A stretch of DNA of 57,397 bases, the filler included, from Basidioascus undulatus (taxonomy: Eukaryota), in assembly GCA_000826855.1 (NCBI GenBank). It is 5 parts of 5 records of this genome, joined end to end, with 100 filler letters (N's around TTAATTAATTAA, not from the genome) between each part and the next. Parts side by side here need not be neighbours in the genome. Positions count along the whole stretch, not along the records: positions 11,520 to 22,921 come from JTLS01001012.1; 4 more parts are not named here. The stretch is one strand, 5' to 3'. The position numbers were made by a program, and so were the translations under genes. Positions 11,520-23,021 of the stretch are shown here, piece by piece; positions within the stretch are counted from its first letter, which is position 1, and every line of letters starts with the position of its first letter. Under the pieces are notes generated by a model. The model did no database searches. It saw nothing but the letters and a program-made list of their open reading frames with translations, and was not told the origin of the DNA.

Positions 11520-13284
11520 TGTTCCCCCACACGTTAGTATCACCTCCTCTCCCTCATTTCAATCAGAACAAATCAAGACTAACCGTCGCCGCCGTCGTCG
11601 TAGGCGTTTCAACCGGCTCGTCGTCCTCATCTTCCTCCTCCTGATCCTCTTCCTCCTCCCCATCGTCCTCCTCGCCACTGCGCACATACCCGTCCTCTTC
11701 CTCGATCCCCGTCCACTGCTGTTCATGCTCGTGCTCCGCTCCCCCGCCCTCGCTCCCAAACAGCATTTGCTTCTCGCGCTTCATCTCGCGCTCGACCTCG
11801 CGCTGGAACTCGCGCGCGAGGTGCGCCTCCTCCTCCGCCTCCGGGTCGCTGTCGTCCGACGCGAGCAAGCGCTCGAGGTCCTCCGAGTTGTACTTTCCCG
11901 AGCCGCCGGAAATACCGTCCGCGTCGGACGAGGAGGATGAGGTGCTCGAGGAGGTGTGCGCGCGCGATCGCGATATGGGCGGGCGCGCGGATGGCGCGGC
12001 GGGGAGGGTCGCTTTCGCTTTGGAGGGAGAACTGGGCTTGGTGTCTTTAATGGGGGAGGAGGTGGATGCGGAGGGCTTGGGATTTCGGTCGCGCTTCTTC
12101 TTGGCGGATGTAGGAGTGGGGAGACGGCTGGGGAGGAGGGCGAGGTCGTCATCGCAGGAGTCGGAAGAGCTGGAGGATGAACTGGACGAGGCGATCGCGG
12201 GGTCGTCCTCCGGCAAGTCGGACAGGGACGAGCTGTCGGCGCCGGGACTGGAGATGAGCGAGCGGACGGCGATCGCAAGCGGCTCGTCCTCGCTTGAACT
12301 CCTGCTGCTGCTGCTGTCATCGATCTCGACGACGGGCGCCGGCGACGGGCGCGGCGGCAGCTTGAGCTTGACGAGGAACTTGCCCGCGCCCTTCTTGGGT
12401 GTCTGTGCGGCAACAGCAGACGGAGCGGGCGAAGCGGGCGGGCGCGGGATATTTGACGGAGGGGGAGGGGAAGGGGAAGGGCTGAGGCTGATGGGCCGCG
12501 CGACGCTGCCCTTGCCGCAGGTGCATGCGCCCACGCAGACGGGACAGATGTCGTCGTCTAGGTCCGAGTCGAGGTCGACTATCGCCGGCAGCGGCTTGCG
12601 CGGGCTGGGCACGGGCACGGGCGCGGGCGCGGGCGCCGGTGCGGGTGCAGGTGCGGGTGCAGGCGTTGCGATGGGCTTAGAAACGGGGCGGGGCTTCAGT
12701 TTGGGCTTGGAGGTGGATAGCCCGCTGAGGGTGGAAGCGATAAGGGCGGAGGCGGAGGTAGAGGCGGAAGGCTGGGGAGCGGGCGAGGGAGATGGGCGCG
12801 GGGTCGAATATGACTTTATATAGGAGTGCGAATGGAAGTGAGAGTGAGAATGAGAACTGGAGGCGTGCGATTGCGGGTGGGAGTGCGAGTGCGAGTGGGT
12901 GTGAGAGTGCGAGCAGGAGTTCGAGGACGTGCTCGGCTTGGGCTTGGGAGCCGAGCTCGGTACGGGGGAGTGGGAGGGCGTGCGGAAGGATACGGGAGTG
13001 GTTGAGCGAGAGCGACTGGCGTTGTTGTTTCCGAAAGAGAAGGGGAACGAGGCTGCCAGCAACGGAGAAAGTAGTGTCAGCGCAAGAAATCAAGGAGGGA
13101 ACGTACTGCTGCCGCCCGAGCTTCCTGCTCATCTAGAGTACACCTCAGGACGCAGTCCACCATACCCCCAACCACCAATACCTCTCGTCCAAAACACTCA
13201 TCCCCCAAACCTAAGCCCAGCAGGAAGGAGCGACTCACCCTGGCCCCCGACCGCCTTTCTCTGAGGACCCGTAGTCTTTGCCAT
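11520..13284 (-). CDS. Low-complexity Ser/Pro/His-rich and acidic protein with CxxCxxxCxC motif; 3' end lost
   Basis: 499-codon exon 11563-13062 with GC3 bias, containing DDDICPVCVGACTCG, basic NLS-like stretches and an acidic tract. Probable first exon MAKTTGPQRKAVGGQ at 13284; phase of the small 5' exons not resolved. Donor GTTAGT near 11583. Confidence 0.7.
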
Positions 13285-13859
13285 CCTATCTAGCGTCTAC
13301 GACGAGAGTCCAAAGAGAATGCGAAAAAAAAACTAGGTCCGAAGGGTATGCGCCTATGATCAAGTCAAGGCGCGGCCGCGCAGGCGCTCTCGGGGCCGCT
13401 GCCGGGGAGGTCGAGGAGGGGAAGGCGAAGGCGAAGCAGGGGGAGGGGGGAAGACGGATTCGATTCTGAGACTGGTGTGCCTGCGCTGGTCATGCTTGTT
13501 GAGAGGCAACGGCGCGGGGAGGATTGAGTCCTCTGCGCGAGCGGAGGTGAGCTAGTTGTTGTCGTGCGCGGCGCCGTCGGCGTCGTTGGCGGTGGCGAGG
13601 AGGAATAAAGGAGCAGCGGACGCTGAACGCAGTGGGACGCAAGTTGAGAACGATGCCAGGGTGCCGCCGCCGGGGCCGGAGACTCTGCCGCGCGCTGTAC
13701 CTACTTCAAACTAGTATCGGCCAACCTTTCAAGACTGGCCCTGGTTTCATTCAAAATTTGTTAGTGCACGTGTAGGCTGCTGCTTGCAGCCAACTCCTTT
13801 TCACATATTTTCTTGTTTTGCGGATGATGATTTTCACCACGCGGTCTGCAGGCGAAAGT

Positions 13860-15997
13860 GATATTGACAGTGGTCGTATTTTCTCAGGCGAGAAAAAATT
13901 CAAAGGACGCATCATCGAGGACGTGCCGACCCTGACTGACAGAAATGTTCTCGTTCTCATTTGCATCCCATTATTACTTGAGCAAGGTTTCTTCGCCGGT
14001 TCAGATTTTCAAAAGCAGGAATAAGGGTCGCTCTGTTTCGGAGTCGCCACAAAGCGAGGGTGGGTATCGACGTTGGCAGATACTTTCAGTCGAGTGTCTC
14101 TTGAGCACGACCACCCACCGACAAGCAGCTCGTACCAAGCGTGACACAAGCTCATAAGGTTCATGTCTATATTTAATATAATCACACTGAAAACACTAAA
14201 AACATATACAAAGGGGACGCAATGTTCAGAACAGAACCCGGGGAGCAAGTGGTCACTTCCGGGCCGTCAGCTTGATCGGCAGCGAGCCCATTGATCGAGC
14301 GCGGGCAGCCGGCTCAAGTCTTGTACGGACGGAATGCCGATTTGGTGTTCGGGGAGCTTCTCCAGTTCTGAACGGAGAAGAAGTAGCTCGGCGGGGTGGG
14401 CCACGAGAGACCTGGGAAGAGAATGGCTGCAGTGAGTTCGGATGGCTTTTGCCACGGTTTCAGAGCATAAACCAAGGCAAGGCGCCCAGGACGTAGCTGT
14501 CCGAAAGGCCCCAAAAAGGTCAGGATAGAAGATTGCGATGGAGTGGCGGGTTACGTTGTGCCGGATCCTGTTCAACATTCTATGTATAGCCTGTACGTGT
14601 GAGAAGAATTCCATCTTCAGGTAAGAAACCCAAATCGATCCAAGACGTCCGCTGCAACAGCGACAAACCCGTCTTTGACGGCGTCGCCCGTCGTAAGGCG
14701 CAACCCACTGCTGTCGTCTTCTTGTAGCTGCCCAGCGAGACAAAATCAACAATGGGGAGCTGCCAACAGAACTCGAAAGGAATGTAAGACTTGCCAGCCA
14801 GTAGAACAGGTCACGGGGCACGCCCAGCTGTTTCTTGTTCTTCAACATGCGCCTGGCAGTTCCTCAGCAGCCGGGTCACGCCGTTGTCACCTTGAGGCAG
14901 CGCCTGCAGCGCCCAAGTGAGCCACGGAAGCTGGCCGATGGCGTTGACTGTGGGGAAGGTCGTGGGGACAAGCCAAACCTGCACCAGACATTCCAAAAAC
15001 AAGGATCTGTACCCAAATTCAGCCCTCGTTCAAGATCGTCGAGACGACCTTTGTTATCTCCTAACGATACCATGCCTCCTTTACGATATTACGCGGGTGG
15101 AAGGGTTGGAAATATACGGACCCTCTTTCATCAGCTCAGAGCCACCTCCAAAAGCAAGATCCGCAGCGATGTCATATGCAAAGCACTTGAAAGCGTGCCC
15201 AATGTCAACGATGCCGGCAGCCGACGCGGTCCTCTGCTGTTCCAGCAGATCCAAAAGCTGCTGCACTCGGCGCAGCTGCATAGGTACGTATTCGGCCAGA
15301 GCGGAGGACGTAAACGCTGTAGAGGTAGTCAGACGTTAGGGGCATCGCTACGATTTTGGAAACGGTTCCGTTTACCTTTGTTCCAGACTGTGCGACGCTG
15401 CGCATACGTGCCATGGTCGGGCTCCGTCGACAAGTTGTGACCATTCGAATCGACGCGTAACATGTTGTAGACTGCCATTTGGCTACATCAGCAAGGTGAT
15501 GACGCGCCCGTAACGCAGTTGTCTAGACCTACACTTGGACTTGTCCCAGCGGTTGGAGTAGACCACTTTGGTCGCATCGGCATCCACAGCGCACAATCGA
15601 CGACGCACCGATCCGCACCGCGGCCACATAGCGCTTGTGCAGTCGCGTGAGGACGTGGTGCCTCTTGCCCGAGAGCGTCGCTCGGAAGTGTCACCGGCCT
15701 GTGATTCGGGCCAGCCGGGGGCCTGGGTAGGCGGCCGTTGGATGGAACGGCGAGAATCGGTAAGCGATAATGCTTGCTGAGAGGGAGGCGAGGTAGAGGG
15801 CTGCGGCCTTCAGGTTTAGAACGGTGGCCGAAAGAAGAGTGATTTGGGTGTGGGTGATGAGGATGGCTGCATGAACCGCGGTGCCAAAGATAAGGATGCC
15901 AGAAAAGGCGAAGAGGGAGGGCTCATATTTGTGGAAGAGTAGGTGCGAGAAGATAGCGAGAGACAGTCGTGGCGGGACTGAAGGGGGATGCAGACAT
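13860..15997 (-). pseudogene. Cytochrome P450 pseudogene
   Basis: Membrane anchor plus YRFSPFHPTAAYPGPRLARIT, HKRYVAAVRIG, FAYDIAADLAFGGG, GQLPWL, RDLFYWL, LVAHPAELLLLRSEL...LSRLPAL and NFFSPEKIRP (PERF-like), spread over shifting frames with stops. No intact FxxGxxxCxG found. Confidence 0.8.
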
Positions 15998-16767
15998 CTT
16001 GAGGGCGGATGTGGACGGTGACGGCGGTTGGTAAAAGAGAGGGGGAACAGATATTTCACCTTGCATTATATAAGTATTCAGGCCAGGTGGTGTTTGGACG
16101 TGAAAACCCTGCTGACACTTGGCGTTCCGCAAGCCCGGCATGCCATCCCACAACGAACCGAGCACGCGAACAAGGGACGAGCAACGAGGGAAGCGCACAG
16201 GTACAACAAAGGTGAAAAATAAGCCTTGCTGAACAGCTGTTTTACGCCCCATCGACAGGTCCGAGAGGCTCAAGGCGCACGTTTGGAGCGGGCGACCTCT
16301 GCTGCCATGCTTGCTCTACTACTAGACGTCAGTGTCAACGCCGCATAATATTTCGGCTACTTTTTACGTTCATTAGGTTGTAGGCAGGATGCCGTTGTGA
16401 TTAGCAGCTGGGTTGACTGGTCGCTTGACTGAAAGCCGGTGCAGTCAGCGCTAGTGACACGACCTGCAGCTGCAGTGCAATATGATACCCTGATATTCGC
16501 TTTTCATGACCGTCTGGTAACGGTTGCATACCCATTTCTACAAGAAAGCTACCCAGATTTTCAGCAATACTCGCCCTTCCGTGAAACGACTGCGGAAGGT
16601 GGAAGATAAAGTCACGTGTGCCAAGCCAGGCAGTTTCTAGTGTCACTGAATGGAAGGAAGGATCGGCTTGATCCCGCACGCCTCGTCGAGGCCGAGCCGC
16701 CTGCATTATGCATCTTGGACAGTTCCACATAGCTCTCTGACCGCATAACGCATAGAATCTGAAGCTC

Positions 16768-18682
16768 ATGGCTTCCCAGCGCACATACGCAGCGCAACCG
16801 CCAGGGCAATGGACGCCCACACCCGCGCAGGGATCGTCGGCCCCGACGTCGCCTGCAGCTTACGCGCCCTTGTCCCCTCCGCCGCCGTTCAACGCTCCAC
16901 TATTACCACAACCTCCCCCTCGACGGACGCCTCCTCTCCATGCTCCCGCCTCAACGCCTCTCTGTCTCCACCCTCCCCCACCGCGTCATCCGCAGACCCG
17001 CCCGTCGACCCCGGGATCGTTCGACGAGCTATCGAAATCCCGGGGATGGGGCAAGTCGAACTCAGATAACTGGCTGTCACGCCTGGGGAAAGAAGATACC
17101 TGGAGGGAAGGTATGGGGTCTGTGAAGGTCGGTGCTGGGAAAGCGAAAGAGGTGGGTTGCCGCTGCGCTTTTCGAGGGAGCATGACGCTGGCTGACCTGA
17201 GACTTTGGGTGATAGGGCTTCGATTCCGGATGGAGAGGCCTGGGAAAGGTCGGGCAGGTGCTGAATATGGGCGCTGTGAAGCTCGGGGCGAGTGAGGTGT
17301 GGCCGATGGACTTGGGCAGCGAGGCGGAGAAGGCTGCGAGGATCTTGCGGACGTTCACGCGTGAGTGCATTGGACTGTGGGACCTGGATCGAAGGCTAAA
17401 TTTCTGGATATACAGACGACGGCATCGAGGTTCCTGATAACTTGAATCAGGAAGTGAATAAGAATGTACGTACCGGAGGTACTGACCTCGGGTCATGAAA
17501 GCTGCCCGCTGACTCTCGCACTCCGAACAGGTCACCGCGCAGACTTCGCGCACCAAAAAAATTCCTCACGAGGCGCGTTGAACTGTTGTTGTACCTGCTC
17601 ATGAAGTACTGACTCCTCTCCGCTCTTCAGGTTCTCGCACAAGCTCATGGTGTCGTGATTTTTTCGAACTTCCGCGTCGGCTGGGGGTGCGTCATTGTTA
17701 TCCTGATCTCGTCAACTTATGTCTGAGCACCCATTCCCGTCCCTCAGTCTTGGCGGAGGCTCTGGCGGCGCCGGCGTCGTTCTGGCTCGTCGTCCTGAGG
17801 GCGGCTGGTCAGCGCCCAGCGGCCTTCTACTCACTACGGTCGGCATCGGTCTAGGCGCGGGACTCGATGTGATCGAGTGTGTACTTCAGATATTCTTTAA
17901 CCCAAATCACATCAAGCTGACTCATGTGCTCGATTAGCGTCGTCCTGGTGCTACGTACTCGCGATGCGCTGCTCGCGTTCACCCGCCCGCGCGTCTCTCT
18001 CGTTGGCGAGCTGTCCATCGGTATGTTGAAGATATAAGAAAACCCAAGATTCTGTACTGAAAATTTCCCGCAGCTGCAGGCCCCCTCGGAGCCTCGGGCA
18101 TGCTTGATCCGGTGTCGGGCGCGATGTCAGTCTTCGCCTACACAAAGTCGCGTGGTCAGTTTCCCCTTGTCTTGAGCCTGATCGAGTTCAAAAGAGTGGA
18201 TAGTTGAACTAAGATTGCTGGTTCGCATTACTTCCAGGATTCTACGCCCAAGCTAGCTTTGACGGGAACATCATTCTGGAGCGGTCTGACGAGAATGCGT
18301 GCGTCACCTACAACCCTCCTCCATCCACCTACGTTTCCTTCTGAAATTCTCCCCCCTTCTTCTCACGATCAGTCGCTTCTACAACAAGCCCGGCATCACA
18401 GCGAAGGAGATCCTTACGGGCGGCATCGAGGTCCCCCCAGCGGCGACGCTCCTCCTGCACACGCTGGAGGAGGCCGAGCGCGTGTTCGGACTCCCACCGC
18501 CCTTGCCCCCTGCCGGAAGCCGCTCGCCGTCCCCCGGGTACGCGGTGCGTCGGTCGCCCGCGCGGCCGGGCCATGGGACGTCGCAGGCCGGCGGGGCGTG
18601 GACGTGGACGCATGATGGGGGAGCTTATGAGGAGGGAGTATACGGGCCGTATGGGCCGGATAGAAAGGCGGTTGGTAGATGA
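16768..18682 (+). CDS. SYLF/Ysc84 (DUF500) domain protein without SH3
   Basis: Spliced: EAEKAARILRTF...KKIPHEVLAQAHGVVIF...GGSGGAGVVLARRPEGGWSAPSG...AAGPLG...VFAYTKSRGFYAQASFDGNIILERSDENARFY. Pro-rich N-terminus; stop 18680-18682. Confidence 0.9.
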
Positions 18683-18979
18683 CATTGATCCCTGCGCAGT
18701 CTTCTGAAGTGCGGCGGTGCAGCGGCTTGATCTATCATTCGAGATGCATGCTCGCTGTCTGCTATCCCAAGCTGCGGCGACTATGATCCGTGAAATCCTG
18801 CACGATCGTGGTGTTTCGAGTTTAGACACTAAGGCCGGGAACATTTGTCGCAGACTCTTGCCGGCAGACGCAAATTGCGCATGCACATTACAGCGTAAGA
18901 TCAAAGTTATTATCGTACAAGTCTACATTCTATATCAAGTGGAAAAGTACAGAGGGGAATGAACACTGCTTCTTCATCA

Positions 18980-19350
18980 TCAAAAGTCGAAGTCCCCGTT
19001 CATGATTTTCTCGTCCTTCTTGTGCTCCTTGTCGATCCACGCCTTGGGCCATTTACTGATATCCCAGCCTCGGCCCTCAAACTCGCCCGGAACGACCTCC
19101 GCGAGCTCCTTGAGCGCGCGCGGGTGCTCGAACTCCTTCGCGACCTCCTTCACGTCGTCGTCGTCGGGCAAGGTCGACTTCTTTTGCTTCCGCGGCGGCT
19201 CCGCCTCCTCTTCCTCCTCCTCCTCGTCCTCGCCGTCCGGATCGGGCAGTGCGGAGAGCATGACGTCGCTCTTCGGCTCGCAGGGGAGGTTGTTGCGCTC
19301 GAGGATGCGGAGCAGCGCCGGGCCCCAATGGTTCATGTCGGCGAAGTCAT
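18980..19350 (-). pseudogene. Orphan 3' coding exon of an unidentified acidic protein
   Basis: DDFADMNHWGPALLRILERNNLPCEPK...WDISKWPKAWIDKEHKKDEKIMNGDFDF*, with very high GC3. Its upstream sequence is an unrelated MFS gene in another frame. Confidence 0.6.
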
Positions 19351-19957
19351 CAGACCCCAAAACAGCTCGAGCCCTGGTAGCCAGTACGAGGGCCGAACCC
19401 GCGTCATGACTAGTTGGGATGGGATCAGGAAGACCGCGTAGCCTATGGTGCTCTTATCAGCAGGAGATCCAGCATTCCGCGAACGTGGGCTCACGCACCG
19501 ACGCGGTAGGTTGTGTCCATGTAGTTCAGCTCATTCCTGTCGTCGAAGCAGGAGTCAGGGCTGCCCAGCTTCGAAGTTTCGCAGTAGCTTACCCCGTGAG
19601 ATTCAACTAGGTTGGCAAGTCAGCATCAATAAATCAGCATCAATAAATCAGCATCAATAGACTGTTGATGCTTCTGAACCTCTTCCTTCATCCCAGACGC
19701 GAAAGCAGTCTTGTAGTTGGATGAGTCGATTTGCTTGATGAGGTACGCTAGCCATGCCCACGTACTATTTTATACAAACTCAGCAAGAGACTCTATCCGC
19801 CGATACCAGCCGAGTGGGAGGAAGGGACTCACATCAAGCAGATATCCAATCGCCAGAGGAAGGCGCGCTCTGCCTCGCGCGCCTTCTCCTCCTCCGCTGC
19901 CGTTACAACAGAGGAAGCAGATGAAGACAGTTTCGGTTCGTAATCCGATTCGTCCAT
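19333..19957 (-). pseudogene. Truncated MFS transporter (Fen2/Liz1/Seo1-like, allantoate permease family), TM1-TM3 only
   Basis: Clean GT-AG splicing gives MDESDYEPK...ERAFLWRLDICLITWAWLAYLIKQIDSSNYKTAFASGMKEELNLTGNELNYMDTTYRVGYAVFLIPSQLVMTRVRPSYWLPGLELFWGLMTSPT*. Confidence 0.8.
19620..19659. repeat. 14-nt tandem repeat (TCAGCATCAATAAA x~3) inside an MFS intron
   Basis: Units start at 19620, 19634 and 19648 (last one partial). Confidence 0.9.
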
Positions 19958-22921
19958 AGTAAAAGTGAAAGTGCGGGGCGATGGATGTAGGTGGGACGAA
20001 GAGCGTCAGGGCACGATGGTCAGGACGAACCGGTCGTCGCGCTCCAGCAGCTTTGCGACGTGGCACCGCTCACATCATTGCTTATGTAACGCATCAATAG
20101 TATGATACCAGGACCGTGTAAGTGAAAAAAATGTTGAGGAGGGTAAATGCAGGGGGTAGGTTGGAGCGGATGAGGTGTGAGGTGTGGGCGAGCCACCAGA
20201 TGTGGATGCTGCCAGGTCGCAGGAAACTGCGACTGAGTTGCCCCGAGGAGCTTAAAGAGGGGATCTCAGGGATCAGCAGCGCAGACGTCTTCAAACTTAC
20301 CTCTTGTGATGCTACAAAGGGGGACTGCGAACGATAAACGAACGATGTTAAAAGCTGGTGTGCAGAGGACTGTCCAGAGAAACTGCGCACACGACCCTTC
20401 CTGAGCTCAATTCAGCTGGGCCCGACTTGGGGTGCGTCCTAGGCCGACACATGGGATACTTCAGATATCTAACATACAGAGCTTCATGTCTAGGAGTGAG
20501 AAAGACACTCAATAACATGGGACAGGCGGAGGGGAAGAAGGAGCTTGAAAGCGCGGTCAAATGTCCCGCCGACTCGCAGCGAGAGGCGAGGCGACAGCCC
20601 CTCGCAACCTGCGCGCCTTTTTCGCTGTCAGGCGACAGCCGGCCGCCTCCCCCCGATTATTAACCCCCGCCCTGATCGCTGCACCACGATACTTGTGAGG
20701 ATGGGCTTTTATCCTCACAGATCTGCATTCTCTTATGGATACAGTTAGATGAAATCACGGCTCACCCTGACCTGTCAAAGGTGCAGGCAGTTCCGAGTGA
20801 AAACTGCGGACACGCCTGGGATTCCTCTGCCAACACTTGAGCAGACAGTCAATGGCCGCCACTGGCAGCCATGTTATCGGTGAGCTATGGGAATACCTTT
20901 CTTTCCTTTTTCCTTGATCGGAAAAAGGGCGTCCCCGACAGTTGAGATGAACTGATTGTCCGTCAGTGGCCATGGTCTGCATCTCACCAGCGCATCAGCA
21001 ACCACACACCGTTGGAATTTCGCGCGGGAAGACATTGATTCGACTGAAATTTGTTAAGCTTATCTTCTGAAGTTACAATTACTCTTGAAATTTCAGCACA
21101 CTTCTTACCATCTTCTCGCTAGTGCTCACTTCACGTTGTGGATTGCCCGCGCAAGAAGAGCAGCAGCAGCGCGATGTGCCGTTACGACAGAAGGGGAAAT
21201 GTGAACTTGGAACACTGTCTTTCTGTCTCACAGAAACTGATAGGATAAGGGAAATATTTTTTGGAAACATCAGTCGAAGACAGCAAGGGTTGAAGGGGAA
21301 GGCAGGAAGGGGAAGGGGAAGGGGATGCTAAGGCAACAGGCTCTCGTAAGTTGTCGTAGCGCCGGTAATGTTCTGGTCTTGAAATACTTTGAATGTGGTT
21401 CACTATTCCTGTGAACTGTAAAAATGAACTGATTCATAGTCCGATAGACTTGGGTTGAATGAAAGGTTACGCAACGAAGCTCCAGCAATAGAGTCAACGT
21501 TGCCCGAGCTCCCGAGTGTCTCTGCGTCTGCCGAAGCTTCGCGCAGCGCAGTATTTGTTGACCCCCACATGCCTGACAAGTTCGAAGAATAGGCTGAGCC
21601 TTTCCTTGGTTGTTGGATACTCGAGGCGGCCCAGTGCAAAAAACCCGCTCATAGGTTGATCTTGTGCGAGTCGAGTCGTCCTCATCCGCGCTCGGGGCAA
21701 CACCACGTCCCGTGCGACTTGGGAGAATTCATGGACATTTCTCCAGAGCAAGCATCCAGAGCTTCCTCTACTATTTCCGAGAAATACCGAGCCGGACTTC
21801 CTTTGTTCGTGATGTAGCGAAGGCAAGGACGGCACCGCGACTGGCCGAACTGAGGCTGCGTCTTGAATATTTCTCACATTCGCCCTGTTTCGTTCCAGCT
21901 TGAGCGTCACTGAGCATTACAGCACACAACCAGTCCTGCCCGATGTCCTGTGCACAAAAGATCAAATATTGAAGGCACAAGATGGTAGAAGTCGAGAAGA
22001 CTCGAAGCGTGACGTCCCAGAAACTCAGGGCGTCGGATAAAAGGGGCAAGGAAAGCGGAGCCACGTGCGAGGCGTCGTGCATGCACGCGAGAAAGACGAA
22101 CTCAAACGTCGATCGCGCTGCTTTGGCTTTCTTTCACGTTGGCCCATTCTTCGCTTCTTCATCTGCCAACAGACGGCTGGAAGTGCGCATTGACAATATT
22201 GGGCAAGGTTGTGGCCATTGCTGAAGTGATTTTTGTGAGGAATGACGGACTGGGGAGGCGCGGGCGCTGAGCACTGGTATGGTATGATGGCTGGCAGTCT
22301 GTCGATGCTGCGCGCACTATGCTGAAAGTGGTTTATTACAGAGTTGGGATGCGCATTTGCAAGCCTTCTGGAGAGGGATTCGAGTTAAATGATTGAATGC
22401 CAGCTTTAACCACGACGTTTATTGTTGCAGATCACTCTTCTGCTCGTGGCGTGGTTTGCAGGGGTGCAGGGGATAGACATGCAGATTGACATCGAGCGTG
22501 TGCGGATATTAGAATACTGTCTGACGTGAACGGGACTGCTACACAATGTACGGTGTTTTTCAGCTGTGTCCCCTGGGCGAACACTCGGAGGCAAGGGTAA
22601 CTCGCGTGCGCCTGGCCGGACCGACGCAGGCTTGTGCTGGCGTGGTCCTTGAAGCGGTGAATGTCCGAGGCAGTAACAGGGGCATAGTCGGGGAGGTTAG
22701 TGCAGAGTATAGTGCAGTGCTATGGAATACGAAATATGGAGTATTCGATTGTGGATGTGGGTGTGTGACGAACCCTTCTAGTCGTCGGACCGACAACAGT
22801 CGGGCTAGCGGACCGAGGGGGTTTGCGTTTCGACGCGCCCAAGCTGCCGGCGCTCGTCAGTTCGCGCGTGCCGGGCTAGCGACCTGCCTCGCCTCGGTTG
22901 CTTCTCTACTGTGAACTGTGC

Positions 22922-23021
22922 NNNNNNNNNNNNNNNNNNNNNNNNNNNNNNNNNNNNNNNNNNNNTTAATTAATTAANNNNNNNNNNNNNNNNNNNNNNN
23001 NNNNNNNNNNNNNNNNNNNNN
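22922..23021. other. Artificial contig linker
   Basis: N44-TTAATTAATTAA-N44. Confidence 0.98.

Noticed and set aside
11888..12823. Long + strand ORF (311 aa) and similar antisense ORFs over ProRS, GLE1 and TRAX
   Set aside because: Shadow ORFs caused by high GC3 on the true coding strand.
20100..22900. Possible transposon relic in a gene-poor stretch
   Set aside because: No transposase, RT or integrase motifs and no terminal repeats recognised.
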